64,000 bases of DNA, from contig OX597829.1 of NCBI GenBank assembly GCA_951406725.2, positions 16,492,001 through 16,556,000 on the forward strand, in the 5' to 3' direction. Below the pieces are notes generated by a model. It ran no database searches. It was given only the letters and a program-made list of their open reading frames with translations, and was not told the DNA's origin. The position numbers were made by a program, and so were the translations under genes. The DNA comes from Octopus vulgaris. Its lineage: Eukaryota. Positions 50,471 through 64,000 of this stretch are shown here, piece by piece; position 1 is the first letter of the stretch, and every line of letters starts with the position of its first letter.

Positions 50471-53400
50471 TAAGTGACTATGATTTTATTAGAACTAAAA
50501 GTTTACAATCTATGTTATTCAGTGTAGCTTTATTGAAACAAAGAACTCATACAAGGTTCATTTATTGACTTCTGTCTCCTGACAAAGCCTCAAATAGGAC
50601 TTTAGCCCTTTAGCCCTTCAGGTTACTCTACGAAATGTAATGCTTATTCATTCACATTGTTTTAAATTAATTATGCATTGTCTCATAGCTTTGAAATTTC
50701 AATGGCGTGATTGTTCATTTTTAAAATGACATTGTAGGGTAGGTGTGAGAGACACCTGGTTTGGCCAGATTGAACATAAAATGGGTGGGAAATTTAGGCC
50801 AAATTTAGTCAGGTTAAAAGCTAAAAGTGAAATTGTAGCCACGGCTGATGCTGGTGTTATGTAACTAGCATGTAAAAAGCACCTTTTGAGCGTTGAACCT
50901 CACGGAGGCAAAGTGGCCAATGCTGGTGGCATGTGGAAAGCTCCTTTCAAATGTTGAGCCTCACGGAGGCAATGACAAATGACCGACACCATGGCATTAA
51001 GTGGGGCTTGAGAAAAAGACCCATCAAGCCAAGTAAAATTGAAGTTGTGATAGATACTGGTGTCACGCAAATGACACCCATGCTGGTGGCATGTAAAAGC
51101 ACCCATTACATTCATGGAGCGGTTAGCATTAGGAAAGGAACCATGCCAAATCAGTCTAGAGTCTGGTGCAGCCTTTCAGCTTGCCAGCCCTGATCAGACC
51201 ACCCAACAAGCATTAAAACAGATGTTAAATGATGATGAATATATATATATATATATATACATAGTCTGTGCCAGTGGCACGTAAAAAGCACCCACTACAC
51301 TCACGAAGTGGTTGGCATTAGGAAGGGCAGGCATCCAGCTGTAGAAACACTGCCAGATCAGACTGGAGCCTGGTGCAGCCTCCTGGCTTCCCAGACCCTG
51401 GTCGAACCGTCCAACCCATGCTAGCATGGAAAACAGACGTTAAACGATGATGATGATGATACGACAGGCTTATTTCAATTTCTTTCTACGAAATCCACTC
51501 ACAAGGTTTTGGTTGGCCCAAGGCTATAGTAGAAGACATTTGCCCAAGGTGTCACACAGTGAGACTGAACCTGGAACCATGTGGTTCAGAAGCAAACTTC
51601 TTTCCACACAGCCATGCCTGCACCTCATTCACATTGTTTTGAATTAATCATGATTTATCTCGTAACTTTCAAGATTTCAATGATGTGATAGTTTATTTTT
51701 AAGATGACATTGTTGGGTTGGTGTAAGAAGCTGGATCTGGTCAGTTTGAACACAAGACAGGTGGAATATTTGGACCAGTTAGATTTAACAAAACTATATC
51801 CCATATTGATTCTGTAGAAGGATAATTTAGTATGTTTCCTATGGGACTCCATACGGTTAATCAGGAACTACACAGTATGTCCCATGCTTAATCAATACAG
51901 TTATTGATCTGTCTTTGTGGTTGTTCTCCCCCAATGCTTGACAACCCGTGTTGGTTTGTTCACATCCCATGACCTAGTGGTTCGGCAAAAGAGACTAATA
52001 GACAAAATACGAGGATTAGTAAAGTAAAATAAGTCCTTGGGTCAATTTATTCAACGAAACCCCTTCAAGGCAGTGCCCTAGCATGTCTAATGACTGAAAC
52101 AAGTAAAAGATAACAGAAAAATAAGATCTGGGGTTGATTTGTTTGATTAAAGCCCTTCAAGGTGGTGCTCCAACATGGCCACAGTCCATTGACTGAAACA
52201 AGTAAAAGATAAAAGATAAAAACAAGTATTGGGGTCAATTTGTTTCACTAAAACCTCTCAAGGCGGGGCCCCAGAATGAAATTAAAACCCTTCAAGGCAG
52301 TGCTCCAGCATGGCCACAATCAATGACTGAATCAAAAAAAAAAGATATAAGATAGAGCTAAATTGCCTATGTCAGCTGCAGTGGTGTACAGAGTTCGATA
52401 AATTGTGAATGTCCCCTGGTGTGAGGTGTTTCATAACGTCACATATAAGCTCCTTTGGGTCCATACAGTACTTATATACTCAACTAGTACATTACTAACT
52501 ATGACAGCTGTATCCACAAACAGGACCATGCAGTAACTATGAAACAGCCTTATTCCTTATTTAGAGCAATTTAAGATACATTTATTAACCTGGGTCCCTG
52601 TCTGAGGCAGCACATCATCATCATCATCATCATCATTTAACGTCCGCTTTCCATGCTAGCATGGGTTGGACGATTTGACTGAGGTCTGGCAAACCAGACT
52701 CCAATCTGATCTGGCAGAGTTTCAACAGCTGGATGCCCTTCCTAATGCCAACCACTCCGAGAGTGTAGTGGGTGCTTTTATGTGCCACTGGCACAAGGGC
52801 CAGTTCGGTGGTACAGGCAATGGCCATGCCCAAATGGTGCTTTTTACGTGCAACTGCACAGGAGCCAGTCTAGTGCCACTCGAATATTTCATGTGCCACC
52901 TACACAGGCTTCATTAATTAACTTAAGTCCCCATCAGGGGCAGTACAAAAACAGAATATACTCTATGGAAAGATATTTTTTGATTTTATTTGTGTCAGTC
53001 ATTGACACACATAAATATGTACATATATTCATACATATAAAGTGTCGCTGTGTGGTAATTAGTTTACTTACCAATCACATGGTTCCAGGTTCAGTCCCAC
53101 TACATGGCATCTTGGGCAAGTGTCTTCTACTATAGCCTTGGGCCGACCAAAGCCTTGTGAGTGGATTTGGTAGACAGAACTGAAAGAAGTCTATTGTCAT
53201 CATCATCATCATCATCAACATCGTTTATCACCCGCTTTCCATGCTAGCACGGGTTGGACGATTTGACTGAGGACTGGCAAATCAGATGGCTGCACCAGGC
53301 TCCAGTCTGATCTTGCAGAGTTTCTACAGCTGGATGCCCTTCCTAACGCCAACCACTTTGAGCGTATAGTGGCTGCTTTTACGTGCCACCGGCACGAGAG

Positions 53401-54082
53401 CCAGTCAGACGGTACTGGTAGCGGCCACACTCAAATGGTGTTTTTTATGTGCCACCTGCACAGGAGCTAGTCCAGTGGCCCTGGCAATGACCTCACTCGA
53501 ATGTCTATTTCATGTGCCAGTAAGGCGATGCTGGTAACGATCAAATGGTGCTTTTTACGTAACACCAGCACAGAAGCCAGTTAGCTGCTCTGGCAACGAT
53601 CATGCTCAGATGGTGCTCTTAGCGCTCCACTAGCACGGATTCCAGTCATCAAATTTGATTTTGATTTCACTTGCCTCAACAGGTCTTCGCAAACAGAGTT
53701 TACTATCCAATGAAGGAAAGGTACACATAAGTGGGCAGGTTACACCCCTGGCATAGGCCATGGGGTTATGGTCTTACTTGGCTTGCCGGGTTTTATACAA
53801 GTGTATATGTTTGTGTGTCTGTCTCCCCACCATCATTTGACATCTGGTGTTGATGTGTTTACATTCCTGTAACTTAGAAGTTCGGCAAAAAAGACCGATA
53901 GAATAAGTACTAGGCTTACAAAGAATAAGTCCTGGGATCGATTTGTTCAAATAAAGGCGGTGCTCCAGCATGGCCACAGTCAAATGACTGAAACAAGTAA
54001 AAGAATAAAAGAACATACATACATATTCATGCAAACATACATACATACATACATACATACACTCAAACAGACACACGCATGT

Positions 54083-54159
<77 letters not shown>

Positions 54160-54958
54160 GAAAGAGCCTAAATAATAGGCTTCATCCATTTATTTACTTG
54201 CAGCTCTTCTGATATGCATTTTGGATGCGTTCATGGTTCTGTTTACTCAACTGGTCAATTGATCGATTGAAAAACTGCTGAACAACTGTTAAAAATGCTC
54301 TCGTCTTTGGAGTCAGTACATCAAGTGCCAAAAGTATATATCAAGAGGGGGAAAAATGCACCGAAGGACCATAAAAGAAGACAGGGAAAAAAATAAGGAA
54401 ACACTTAAGCAGTAGATATGCTCATCCCTCATCCGTTATCAGACAAAAATCATCACAGTTTTGCCCCATTATGAATACGATTGTCCATTTTGGTAGTGTC
54501 AAGAGCAAAATGCAGCCAAGATATGTGTGTGGATATAGAGGATGGTGACGAAAAGAAATGATAAACGATGACAGAATAAGGACAAGACAATGGAAAGTGA
54601 CACAGTTGTTTTTTATATACACACACACACACTCACACACATATATATATATATATATCTCACCGTGGCCGACCAGGCTATCAGATGTTGCTACACATCG
54701 CTGGTCACAATGCGCTTTGCATTGTTTTAGTCTTCAAATGACGCCACCCCGCTGGCTAAGCGAGCAGGCCAACAGAAGAAAGAGTAAGAGAATGTTGTGG
54801 CGAAAGAGTACAGCAGGAGTCGCCACCACCCTCTACCAGAGCCTCGTGGAGATTTAGGTGTTTTCGCTCAATAAACACTCACAACCCTGGTCTGGGAATA
54901 GAAACTGCAATTCTATGACCGCGAGTCTGCTGCCCTAACCACTGGGCCATTGCGCATC

Positions 54959-54997
<39 letters not shown>

Positions 54998-55407
54998 TCA
55001 CATTTAAAGGCCTTTTGGCTGTGCAAAAGCATCAAGACAAGACATGTGCAGAAGTAAAACCAATGGAAGAGAATGTCCTTATAGGACTTCAAAAGAAATG
55101 TAGAGAGATAAGAAAGGAAAATGGAAATATAGATAAGGGAGATCAAATGAAAGGTGGGGAAAGATAGATGAACCTGGTGCTGAAAGCATATTTTAAGAGC
55201 AGAGCTCAAAAGAACATGACTGAACAGGTCAGTGGTCAAGCAGGGAGAAAGGGGCTGGTCATGTGGTGCCAATAAGGGAGGGAGAGACGGTGGGGGATGG
55301 GTAGTGAAGAGTAGATAGAAAGGCAGAGAGTGGGGGGAGGAAAGAGAGGAAGAGCAGGAAAAGATGAGAGAGAGTTAGAGAAAGTTGGTGGAGGGTGGGG
55401 ACAGATA

Positions 55408-55818
55408 TGAAAAAAGAGAGAAAGAAAGAAAGGAAAGAAGGGAAGAAGAAAAGACGGAAAGAAAGAAAGAAAAAGAAAGGAAGGAAGGAAGGAAGGGAGG
55501 AAGGAAGGAAGAAAGAAAGAAAGGAAGGGAGAAAGACAGGAAGAAAGAAAGAAGGAAAGACAGATGTAAAAAAGAAAGAAAGGAAGGAAGGAAAGAAAGA
55601 ATGAAAGGAAGGAAGGAAGGAAGGCAAGAAGGAAGAAGGAAGGAAGGAAGGAAGAAGGAAGGAAGGAAGGAAAGAAAAAATGAAAGGAAGGAAGGAAGGA
55701 AAGAAAGAAAGAAAGAAAGAAAGAAGGAAAGAAAGAAAGAAAGAAAGAAAGAAGGGAAGAAGGAAAGAAGGAAGGAAAGAAAGAAAGAAAGAAAGAAAGA
55801 AAAAAAGGGAGGAAGACA

Positions 55819-55859
<41 letters not shown>

Positions 55860-56457
55860 GGAGGGAGGGAGGAAGACAGGAAAGAAAGAAAGAAAAAGGA
55901 AAGAAAGAAAGGAAGGAAAAGAAAGAAAGGAAGGAAAAGAAAGAAAGATGTAAGAAAGAAAGAAAGGAAGGAAGGAAGAAAGGAAAGAAATATTGAAAGG
56001 AAGGAAGGAAGGAAGGAAGGAAGGAAGGAAGGAAAGAAAGAAGGAAAGAAGGAAAGAAGGAAAGGAAAGAAAGAAAGAAAGAAGGGAAGAAGGAAAGAAA
56101 GAAACAAGGAATGAAAGGAACAAGGAATGAAAGAAAGAAAGAAAGAAAGAAAGGAAAGAAAGAAGGAAAGAAAGAAAAGAAGAGAGGAAGACAGGAAGAA
56201 AGAAAGAAAGGAAAGAAAGAAGAAAAGAAAGATGTTAAAAAAGAAAGAAAGGAAGGAAGGAAGGAAGGAAAGAAAGAAAGAAGGAAAGGAAGGAAGGAAG
56301 TAAAGAAAGAAAGAAAAAAAGAAAGAAAGAAAGGAAAGAAGGAAGGAAGGAAAGAAAGAAAGAAAGAAAGAAAGGAAGAAAAGAAAGAAAGGAAGGAAGG
56401 AAGGAAGTAAAGAAAGAAAGAAAGAAAGGAAAGAAAAAAAGAAGGAAAGAAGGGAGA
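55408..56457 (+). repeat. ~1-kb polypurine (GAAA/GGAA)n tract
   Basis: Direct reading. Confidence 0.97.
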
Positions 56458-56476
56458 ATAGTAAGGTTGTAAATAT

Positions 56477-56891
56477 ATTTCTTTACTACCCACAAGGGGC
56501 TAAACACAGAGGGGACAAACAAGGACAGACAAAGGGATTAAGTCTATTATATCGACCCCAGTGCGTAACTGGTACTTATTTTATCGACCCCAAAATGATG
56601 AAAGGAAAAGTCGACCTCGGCGGAATTAGAACTCAAAACGTAACGGCTGGCGAAATACCTATTTCTTTACTACCCACAAGGGGCTAAACACAGAGGGGAC
56701 AAACAAGGACAGACAAACGGATTAAGTCGATTACATCGACCCCAGTGCGTAACTGGTACTTATTTAGGCAATCCAGAAAGGCTGAAAGGCAAAGTCGACC
56801 TCGGCGGAATTTGAACTCAGAACGTAACAGCAGACGAAATACGGCGAAGCATTTCACCCGGCGCGCTAACGATTCTGCCAGCTCGCCGCCT
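56477..56891 (-). mobile_element. Head-to-tail dimer of SINE family B
   Basis: Two tails (56477 and 56660) with junction GAAATAC/CTATTTC. Confidence 0.85.
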
Positions 56892-57138
56892 TTGTACGGG
56901 GTACCACTGAGTGTGGGAAGAGAAAAGAGATGGCACGCGCCGTTATGCTAAAGGTAACAAATTGCACTAAAGAACGACAAAAGGAACACACGGTAAAACC
57001 GCACATAAGATGTGTACTTGTTCATCGCTCATCAGTAATAGGCAAAAATCATTACAATTTTGCGTTATTAGGGGTTAAGATTGTCCATTTTGGTGATGAA
57101 AGCTGCTGAGATAAGTGAGCCAGATATGACAGGACGAC

Positions 57139-57452
57139 GGTACTACTAGCGAACAGTGGTCCCGGTGCGCGCACTCGCGCATCCACGCTAGCTAGTTGTA
57201 AGTAGTCGATCCTACAACGACTTGCGAGTATGTTTGTATTTCAAGGCTGAATACATATAAAAGAAAATTAAATATTTTTCGAACAAAGTAAATAATTTTT
57301 TTAACTAAGTAAATAAATTATTTTTAGAAACAAACTAGGGTTAGGGTTAGGGTTAAAAAATTAGGTTTAGGGTTAAAACGTCGTTGTAGGATCGACTAGC
57401 TAGTGCTGATGTGCGAGTGCGCGCACCGGGACCACTGTTCATAAGTAGTACC
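57139..57452. mobile_element. Merlin-like MITE containing TTAGGG repeats
   Basis: GG..CC termini, ~40-bp TIRs and 8-bp TSD AGGACGAC/ACGACGAC (7 of 8 match). Confidence 0.75.
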
Positions 57453-58333
57453 ACGACGACAATAAGAGACGTGGCAAAATTGAAAACCACACACACGACT
57501 GTTTTCTTTCTGTCTCTTACAAGATCTACTCACATGGCATTAGCCAACCCAGGGTTATAGTAGAAGGCAATATTTGCCCAAGGATCCACGCTATGGAACT
57601 GAATCTGGAACCATGTTGTTGGGAAGCAAACGGTTAGCACACACACTCAAGACTCGCTAGAAATTTGGTCACTTTTAGTAGGGGAAGGGAAATAACTCAA
57701 AAGATATAAATTGGAAGTTACTTACCTTTATTTATAAATCTAATTTAATATTTCCTTTTTGGATTTGGTTTGCAAGATTCTTTATATGAGATCGTGTGTG
57801 GAAGCATATTCTGTTGTGTCTGGGGAGAGTCGTTTTCTTTTTGTGCCTTACCCACCGGTAAAATCTCCACGTTTTTCTTATTTTTATTTTTCTAAAGTTT
57901 TCGTTGCGTCTTGCAACCTTTTCAATAGTTTTGACTCTGTCCGTTATTGCAAGACGCAACGAAAATTTTAGGACAATAAAAATATGAAAAAAAGTGGAAA
58001 TTTTACCGGTGAGTGTGTTACATAATAAGGCACAAAAAGAAAATGACTCTCCCCAGACACAACTAATTGAATATATTTTACACTTCCGGAGTCCACAGAA
58101 ACAAGATGCCAAAATGGATTCATACATCCACTTTCAATTTGTATTAAGTATAAAAGAAGAACCCCAAAGACATTACATACTGTCCGAATGAGAAGAAGAA
58201 ATGAACGAATGGTTTCTGTTTGAAACTATATAAGCATATTTTAAGCATAGTTGCAGGTTTTCTATACAAACATACATACATAAATAGAGATACATAGATA
58301 CACATGTGTGTGTGTATATATATATATATTATA

Positions 58334-58386
<53 letters not shown>

Positions 58387-58564
58387 CATATATACTTATA
58401 CAATAGTCGTGTGTGTGTGTGTGTATATAATTTTATATTTAAGAAAAAAAGATTTCCTATAACCGTTTCTATATTTGTCTAACATTTTATTCTGAAGCAA
58501 ACGTATGTTGAATTCAACACCAAGTTATTAGTATCACCATGTCTAAGCGAAATATAGTTATTCA

Positions 58565-58613
<49 letters not shown>

Positions 58614-60491
58614 CTCTCTTTTTCTCTTTCTCTCTCTCTCTCTCATTGTATACACATACACACATACACACACAAACACACACACACACACGCACGCGCA
58701 CACACACACATACACACACACACACACTTATATATATATTCTTTGCGTTTCTAATTTCTTTATTGCCCACAAGGGGCTAAACATGGAGGGGACAAACAAG
58801 GACAGACAAAGGGATTATGTCAATTACATCGACCCCAGTGCATAACTGGTACCTAATTTATCGACCCCGAAAGAATGAAAGGCAAAGTCAATCTAATCGG
58901 CCTGAAGCTGTAGTAGAAGACACTTGTGCAAGGTGCCACACGGTGGGATTGAACCCTGAACCATATGGTTGGGAAGCTGCGACTTTGCCTTTCATCCCTT
59001 CAGGGTTGATTAAATAAGTACCAGTTACGCACTGGAGTCGATATAATCGACTTAATCCCCATGTCTGTCCTTGTTTGTCGTCTCTGTGTTTAGCCCCTTG
59101 TGGGTAGTAAAATAGGTATGTCCCTTGCATCCATCTTCAGCTGAGCATCCCTAATCTTGCAGACTCATTGGTGCTTGTGCCACATAAATGCACCCTTGCC
59201 AGTGCTGCATATATGCACCCAATACACTCTGTAAAGAGGCTGGTTTTAGGAAAGGCATCCAGCCATAGAAACCAGGTCAAAAGGGACATGAAACCCATGC
59301 CAGCATGGAAAACACATGCTAAATGTTGATGATTATTTACCCAGGGTCAGATTCTGTGATGAGGCTCAGTACTTCAGGTATTTTGGCAAAAATGGTGCTA
59401 TTTCTTACTCCTTGATGGCTCCCAGGTTTGTTCTAACCTGGATTGGTAGTTACCTTTTAGTTGCCCCAGTTGTAGATCAAATGACAGAAGATTGACCTTT
59501 CGTTAAAGTATACAGAACTAGGAGGAGAACTGGCCTTGAAACATGGGTCCTAAAGGCTCACAGGTATGTGGACATGGCTTCATGTCATGGGAACCGGTTC
59601 ACCTACCTAAGATTGAAATGGGCCCTTTGCCTTAACCCTTTAGTATTTAAACCAATCATATCATGGCCACTCATTCTACCTTTCTGTCCAAACTGACCAG
59701 ACCTACCCTAACTTCTCACACCTACCCTCTGATGTCATTTTAAAAATAAACCCTTACATCATCAAAATCTCAGAGCTAAAAGACAGTTCGTGATTAATTC
59801 AAGACAATCATCATCATCATCATCATTTACCGTCCGCTTTCCATGCTAGCATGGGTTGGACGATTTGACTGAGGTCTGGCGAACCAAACTCCAATCTGAT
59901 CTGGCAGAGTTTCTACAGCTGGATGCCCCTCCTAACGCCAACCACTCTGAGAGTGTAGTGGGTGCTTTTACATGCCACCGGCACAAGGACCAGTCTGGAG
60001 GTACTGGCAACGGCCACGCCCAAATGGTGCTTTTTACATGCCACCTGCACAGGAGCCAGTCCAGCTTTACATTTGATAGAATAATTTGAATGCTAAATGG
60101 TTACGGGTAAGTACAGGGGAGCCGGAGACTTGTTGGATAAACTATAAATGAACTAAATAAACTGACAGAAGGCAATACAAACCACTGCTGTATCTTTACC
60201 ACAAGAAATCACGAATCCTCACACTTTGGCATAAAATTCCATGATCGCTGATTCCTACAGACTTGGCCACATGAAAACAGAAAAAAATTTTGTGGAATAT
60301 CTATATATAAGGAGCATAAACAGGATTTTCAAAACACTTTCCATACCATTTTTATTCTCAGAATAAAATACTTAATCAATGAAACTCTACAGAAGACTGA
60401 GAAATTGAGAAAAAGACCAAATATTGTCAATGTATTTGTATCTTGAAAGTCTTAGTAGGACGTCTTTTTTCATTGATATCAATAAATGATG

Positions 60492-61082
60492 CTTGTCTGA
60501 TGTGTTTCAAAGGCTGTCATAGCCGGGAGTGGTAGCGGGGATAAGCTCCCACTGCCTACAAAGTGCTCCCACGGTGTGTGTCTCAAATAGCCTCTGACAG
60601 TCAAGTCCAACTCCTCCATCCCGCGGTGAAACTGTTCCCACTGACAGGAGAAGGGGCAAAGGCGAGTCACTGGCGCCTTAAAACCAGTTGCTTCGGGTAG
60701 TTGGGACTAGACAGCCTTGACTGGCAGCCCAACTAGGAGAGGGAAACTCCAATTTCAAACCTCCGCTGCCTTGCGACAAGACCCCCCCCACTCCTGGGAG
60801 AAGGCTAAGGGAGTAAACCCCGACAGAAAATCCGGAGCTGGAGTCCCTAAGGCGGCCTGACACAACACATCTCACCGGCAACTCCTGTGACTCATCTGGT
60901 ACCAAGCTGTATCGACCCGCCATTCCCTTGGAGCTACCAGCTGTGTGGAGAGGGGGGGAGATCAAACTGCAGAGGCAACAGCTGATCCCTCATACAAACC
61001 TGCCCAGGCCTTGTGGCTCAACAGGAAGAGGACTGGAGAGTTCCGAGCTACACCATTGTCTCTCGAGACGGACGGATGCCAA
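60492..61082 (+). mobile_element. Bipartite non-autonomous RTE element (5' UTR fused to 3' end)
   Basis: RTE-type 5' UTR motif GGCAGCCCAACTAGGAGAGGGAAACTCCAATTTCAAACC, 3' end CCATTGTCTCTCGAGACGGACGGATGCC, and possible TSD AAATGATG. Confidence 0.65.
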
Positions 61083-61874
61083 AAATGATGTGATACTTAA
61101 CTGATCACCAATTGATGTAATCTGCTGTCTACACTTGTAGAATAATTAATTTTATTTTTATGAGTTTATTATCTTTATTCTGAAAACTGATTTTAATAAC
61201 ATTTTAATAACTACACTCACGGAGTGGTTGGCGTTAGGAAGGGCATCCAGCTGTAGAAACACTGCCAGATCAGACTGGAGCCTGGCGCAGCCTCCTGGCT
61301 TCCCAGACCCCAGTTGAACCATCCAACCCATGCTAGCATGGAGAACGGACATTTAAACGATGATGATGATGATGATGATGAACATATATACTTTGCCTCT
61401 TTGTTGCAATTCTTGAAGTAGCATCTTGCAACCACAAGTGTGTGAACACCCAGGTTGTAAGACCCCAGCACAGAAATGCCCGCCCCCCCCTTTTTTTAAT
61501 TGTTATTAGTTGTGTGGCTTACCCTCAGATTATCTCTCTGATTGAGCTGATCCAATGATAAAAGTTGTTTCAGTTATGATCCTACTTTTAGGATATGGTC
61601 CAAGGGAGATTTGACTGCTATTTCTGTTTGTCTTTCTATGCATACATGTCCATACAAATACACATAAAATATGCATTGTGCTTATTTATGTATAGCTAAA
61701 ACCACACAACAATGCTAAATATACACACTTATGATAGAAGCAAGCAAACAATGTTGGTGTATTGTTTAGTATGGTAACTGAGTGCAAACTTGACCTCATT
61801 AAACCTTTGTGATTAATGCAGGCCAACCAGCATGGAAGATGGTCGTTAAATGATGATGATGATGATATATCACC

Positions 61875-61915
<41 letters not shown>

Positions 61916-62184
61916 GTATATATATGTAAATTTTTTTTTTTGTTTTGAAACTCAGAGATAATGCATGATAAATTCAAACCAATCATCATCATCATCATCA
62001 TCGTTTAACGTCCGCTTTCCATGCTAGCATGGGTTGGACGATTTGACTGAGGACTGGCGAACCAGATGGCTGCACCAGACTCCAATCTGATCTGGCAATG
62101 TTTCTACAGCTGGATGCCCTTCCTAACGCCAACCACTCCGAGAGTGTAGTGGGTGCTTTTTACGTGCCAATACAATATATATAC

Positions 62185-62234
<50 letters not shown>

Positions 62235-62528
62235 CATAAAATATACAAAATGGGACAAGAACGCAAAACATTCAAATAGACGATACAAAAAACACGAACG
62301 GGTCATTCGAAGCCTCTAATCTTCAGTCAAGAACCGGATCATCCTCGCAATTTCGGTTGATTAATCTTGATATTGCTCCAATCTGGCCAGCTCCAATGAA
62401 AAACTAAGCTAAGAGCATTAGATTCCTCGGAAAAAGGATCGAATGTATACGAAACAAGAACAGAAAAATGGACGATGTTACACGAATATAAATACAAAAA
62501 ATAATACGAATATAAATACAAAAAAAAC

Positions 62529-62589
<61 letters not shown>

Positions 62590-62989
62590 GGACATAACAA
62601 CCAGCGTCTTTCGACTGAAACGAATTGAATTCAGTTGGCGTATATATATATATATATCTTCACACAGGCATACATGATTGCATATGTAGATGACGTGTGT
62701 GTATGGATGTTATTGTTACACGTGCCCACTCACACATGAAGCAGCTCAGGAACAAAATTTACTTAGGGGGGGTGCAAACCCAGGTCCAAATTTTTTTAAT
62801 GAAGAATGTGGATTTTTTCATTGCTGACAAGATGGAACCAAATCACTAACATAATGGAGGGTGATCAACCAGTTCAAAGTCAGTCATGCACAGCAGCCGT
62901 TGAAACCAATGGCTTGCATGCTGAAGAATTGTCCTAATGAAACAAGACCCCATTTCTCAGTTTAACTGGACATTTGATCTTGATAGCCT

Positions 62990-63917
62990 TTCACAACTGC
63001 CTTAGTAAGTTAGCATTGATGGTTTGATAATTTTGAAGATAGTCTATAAACACAATATGTTTTTGCATTAACGTATAGTATATGTAATAATGTGAAGTAT
63101 ATTTTTGCATATTAAAATGTTTGGATCTTTGCAACGATTTTTGTGTTCACCGCCAACTTCGCGCAATTCATGTGAATGGTATCAACTACAACTCTGTTTC
63201 ATAATGAGCGGTACATTCTTGTTCTTATTAGCTTACAATGTGAACCTGCACTCAATTTGTTGATGGTGTACTGATTTGTGCAGAGAGTGTAGTTATACTT
63301 GAAACACAGCGAAAGAAAATGTTGAGAGAATTTCATGTTGGACATTCTGGTATTTCGAGAATGGAAGTTTAATGTGCAGCTATGAGTACTGGCCAAAAAT
63401 GGATACAGAAATTGAAAATTTTGTGCAAGGCTGTAAAGGATGTGCTCTAGCAGCAAAATTACCGACAATAAAAAGTGAACCTTGGCCAAATGTAGATGTT
63501 CTGTGGTCGAGACTACGGATATTTTCAGTTTGACTGGCAGTTTTTTAAAATAATTTCCACGTGACTAAACACTTTTAAACTTCGATACTAAGTCATAATT
63601 ATGGGTGACAATTTCATATGACACCGCTAGAAAAAACTGCCATTCAAACCGAAAAGATCCGAGACTACATATCGATTTCGCTGGTCATTTAAATGGTTCA
63701 TACTACTTAGTGGTAGTTGATAGTTTTTCAAAATGGCCAGGAATTTGTAAGTGTAAAAAACCAACCTCTTCATCTATGACAAATTTTTTTACATAAACTG
63801 TTTGCGAGATTTGGCATCCCAGACGCTACAGTGTCTGACAATGGAACGCAATTTGTGCCATGAATTTAAAAAGTTCTGTAAAACGTTTGCTGTAGAACAT
63901 GTAATTATGGCGTCATA
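62990..63917 (+). pseudogene. Gypsy-type (K02A2.6-like) pol fragment: integrase zinc finger and core
   Basis: FHVGHSG..C..C, WSRLHIDFAG, LVVVDSFSKWP and VSDNGTQF, with frameshifts. Confidence 0.88.
63517..63660. mobile_element. 144-bp MITE (Merlin-like) inside the integrase
   Basis: GGATATTTTCAGTTTGA..GGCAG / CTGCC..TCAAACCGAAAAGATCC TIRs, with TSD GAGACTAC at 63509-63516 and 63661-63668. Confidence 0.85.
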
Positions 63918-63918
63918 C

Positions 63919-64000
63919 CTATTTCTTTACTACCCACTAGGGGCTAAACACAGAGGCGACAAACAAGGACAGACACACGGATTAAGTCGATTACATCGAC
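63919..64000 (-). mobile_element. SINE family B tail, cut by the window edge
   Basis: CTATTTCTTTACTACCCAC..GGGGCTAAACACAGAG. Confidence 0.85.

Noticed and set aside
55236-56522. Lys/Glu/Arg-rich and Phe/Leu/Ser-rich ORFs
   Set aside because: Simple GAAA/GGAA repeat.
57336-57376. True telomere or chromosome fusion scar
   Set aside because: Only ~5 imperfect units in one orientation, enclosed by MITE TIRs.

Overview
Eukaryotic, AT-rich, repeat-saturated genomic DNA. The SINE and microsatellite content suggests an octopus or other coleoid cephalopod; this is recognition from memory, not a database result. No complete host gene is visible, and almost all ORF-track entries are microsatellite or SINE artefacts. 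Recognisable coding remnants are all transposon-derived: CR1-group, R4/Dong, Tx1 and RTE LINEs, mariner DD34D, maT DD37D, Helitron and Gypsy integrase. One credible signal-peptide first exon lies at about 50109-50176 (+). The most notable signal is a set of short non-coding repeats carrying hammerhead ribozyme (HHR) motifs. A ~360-nt circularly permuted type I HHR repeat (retrozyme or Penelope-like) occurs at two loci, each as an inverted pair inside TA tracts. Other families carry a long-loop-II HHR or compensatory U3-A8 core variants. Also present: an 800-bp switch-region-like (AGCYC)n array grown inside a transposase, a 152-bp TTAA-joined satellite, a modular RTE 3' UTR, a SINE tail matching the Tx1 3' end, and a telomere-repeat-bearing MITE. 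Most repeat boundaries were placed by eye and are approximate.
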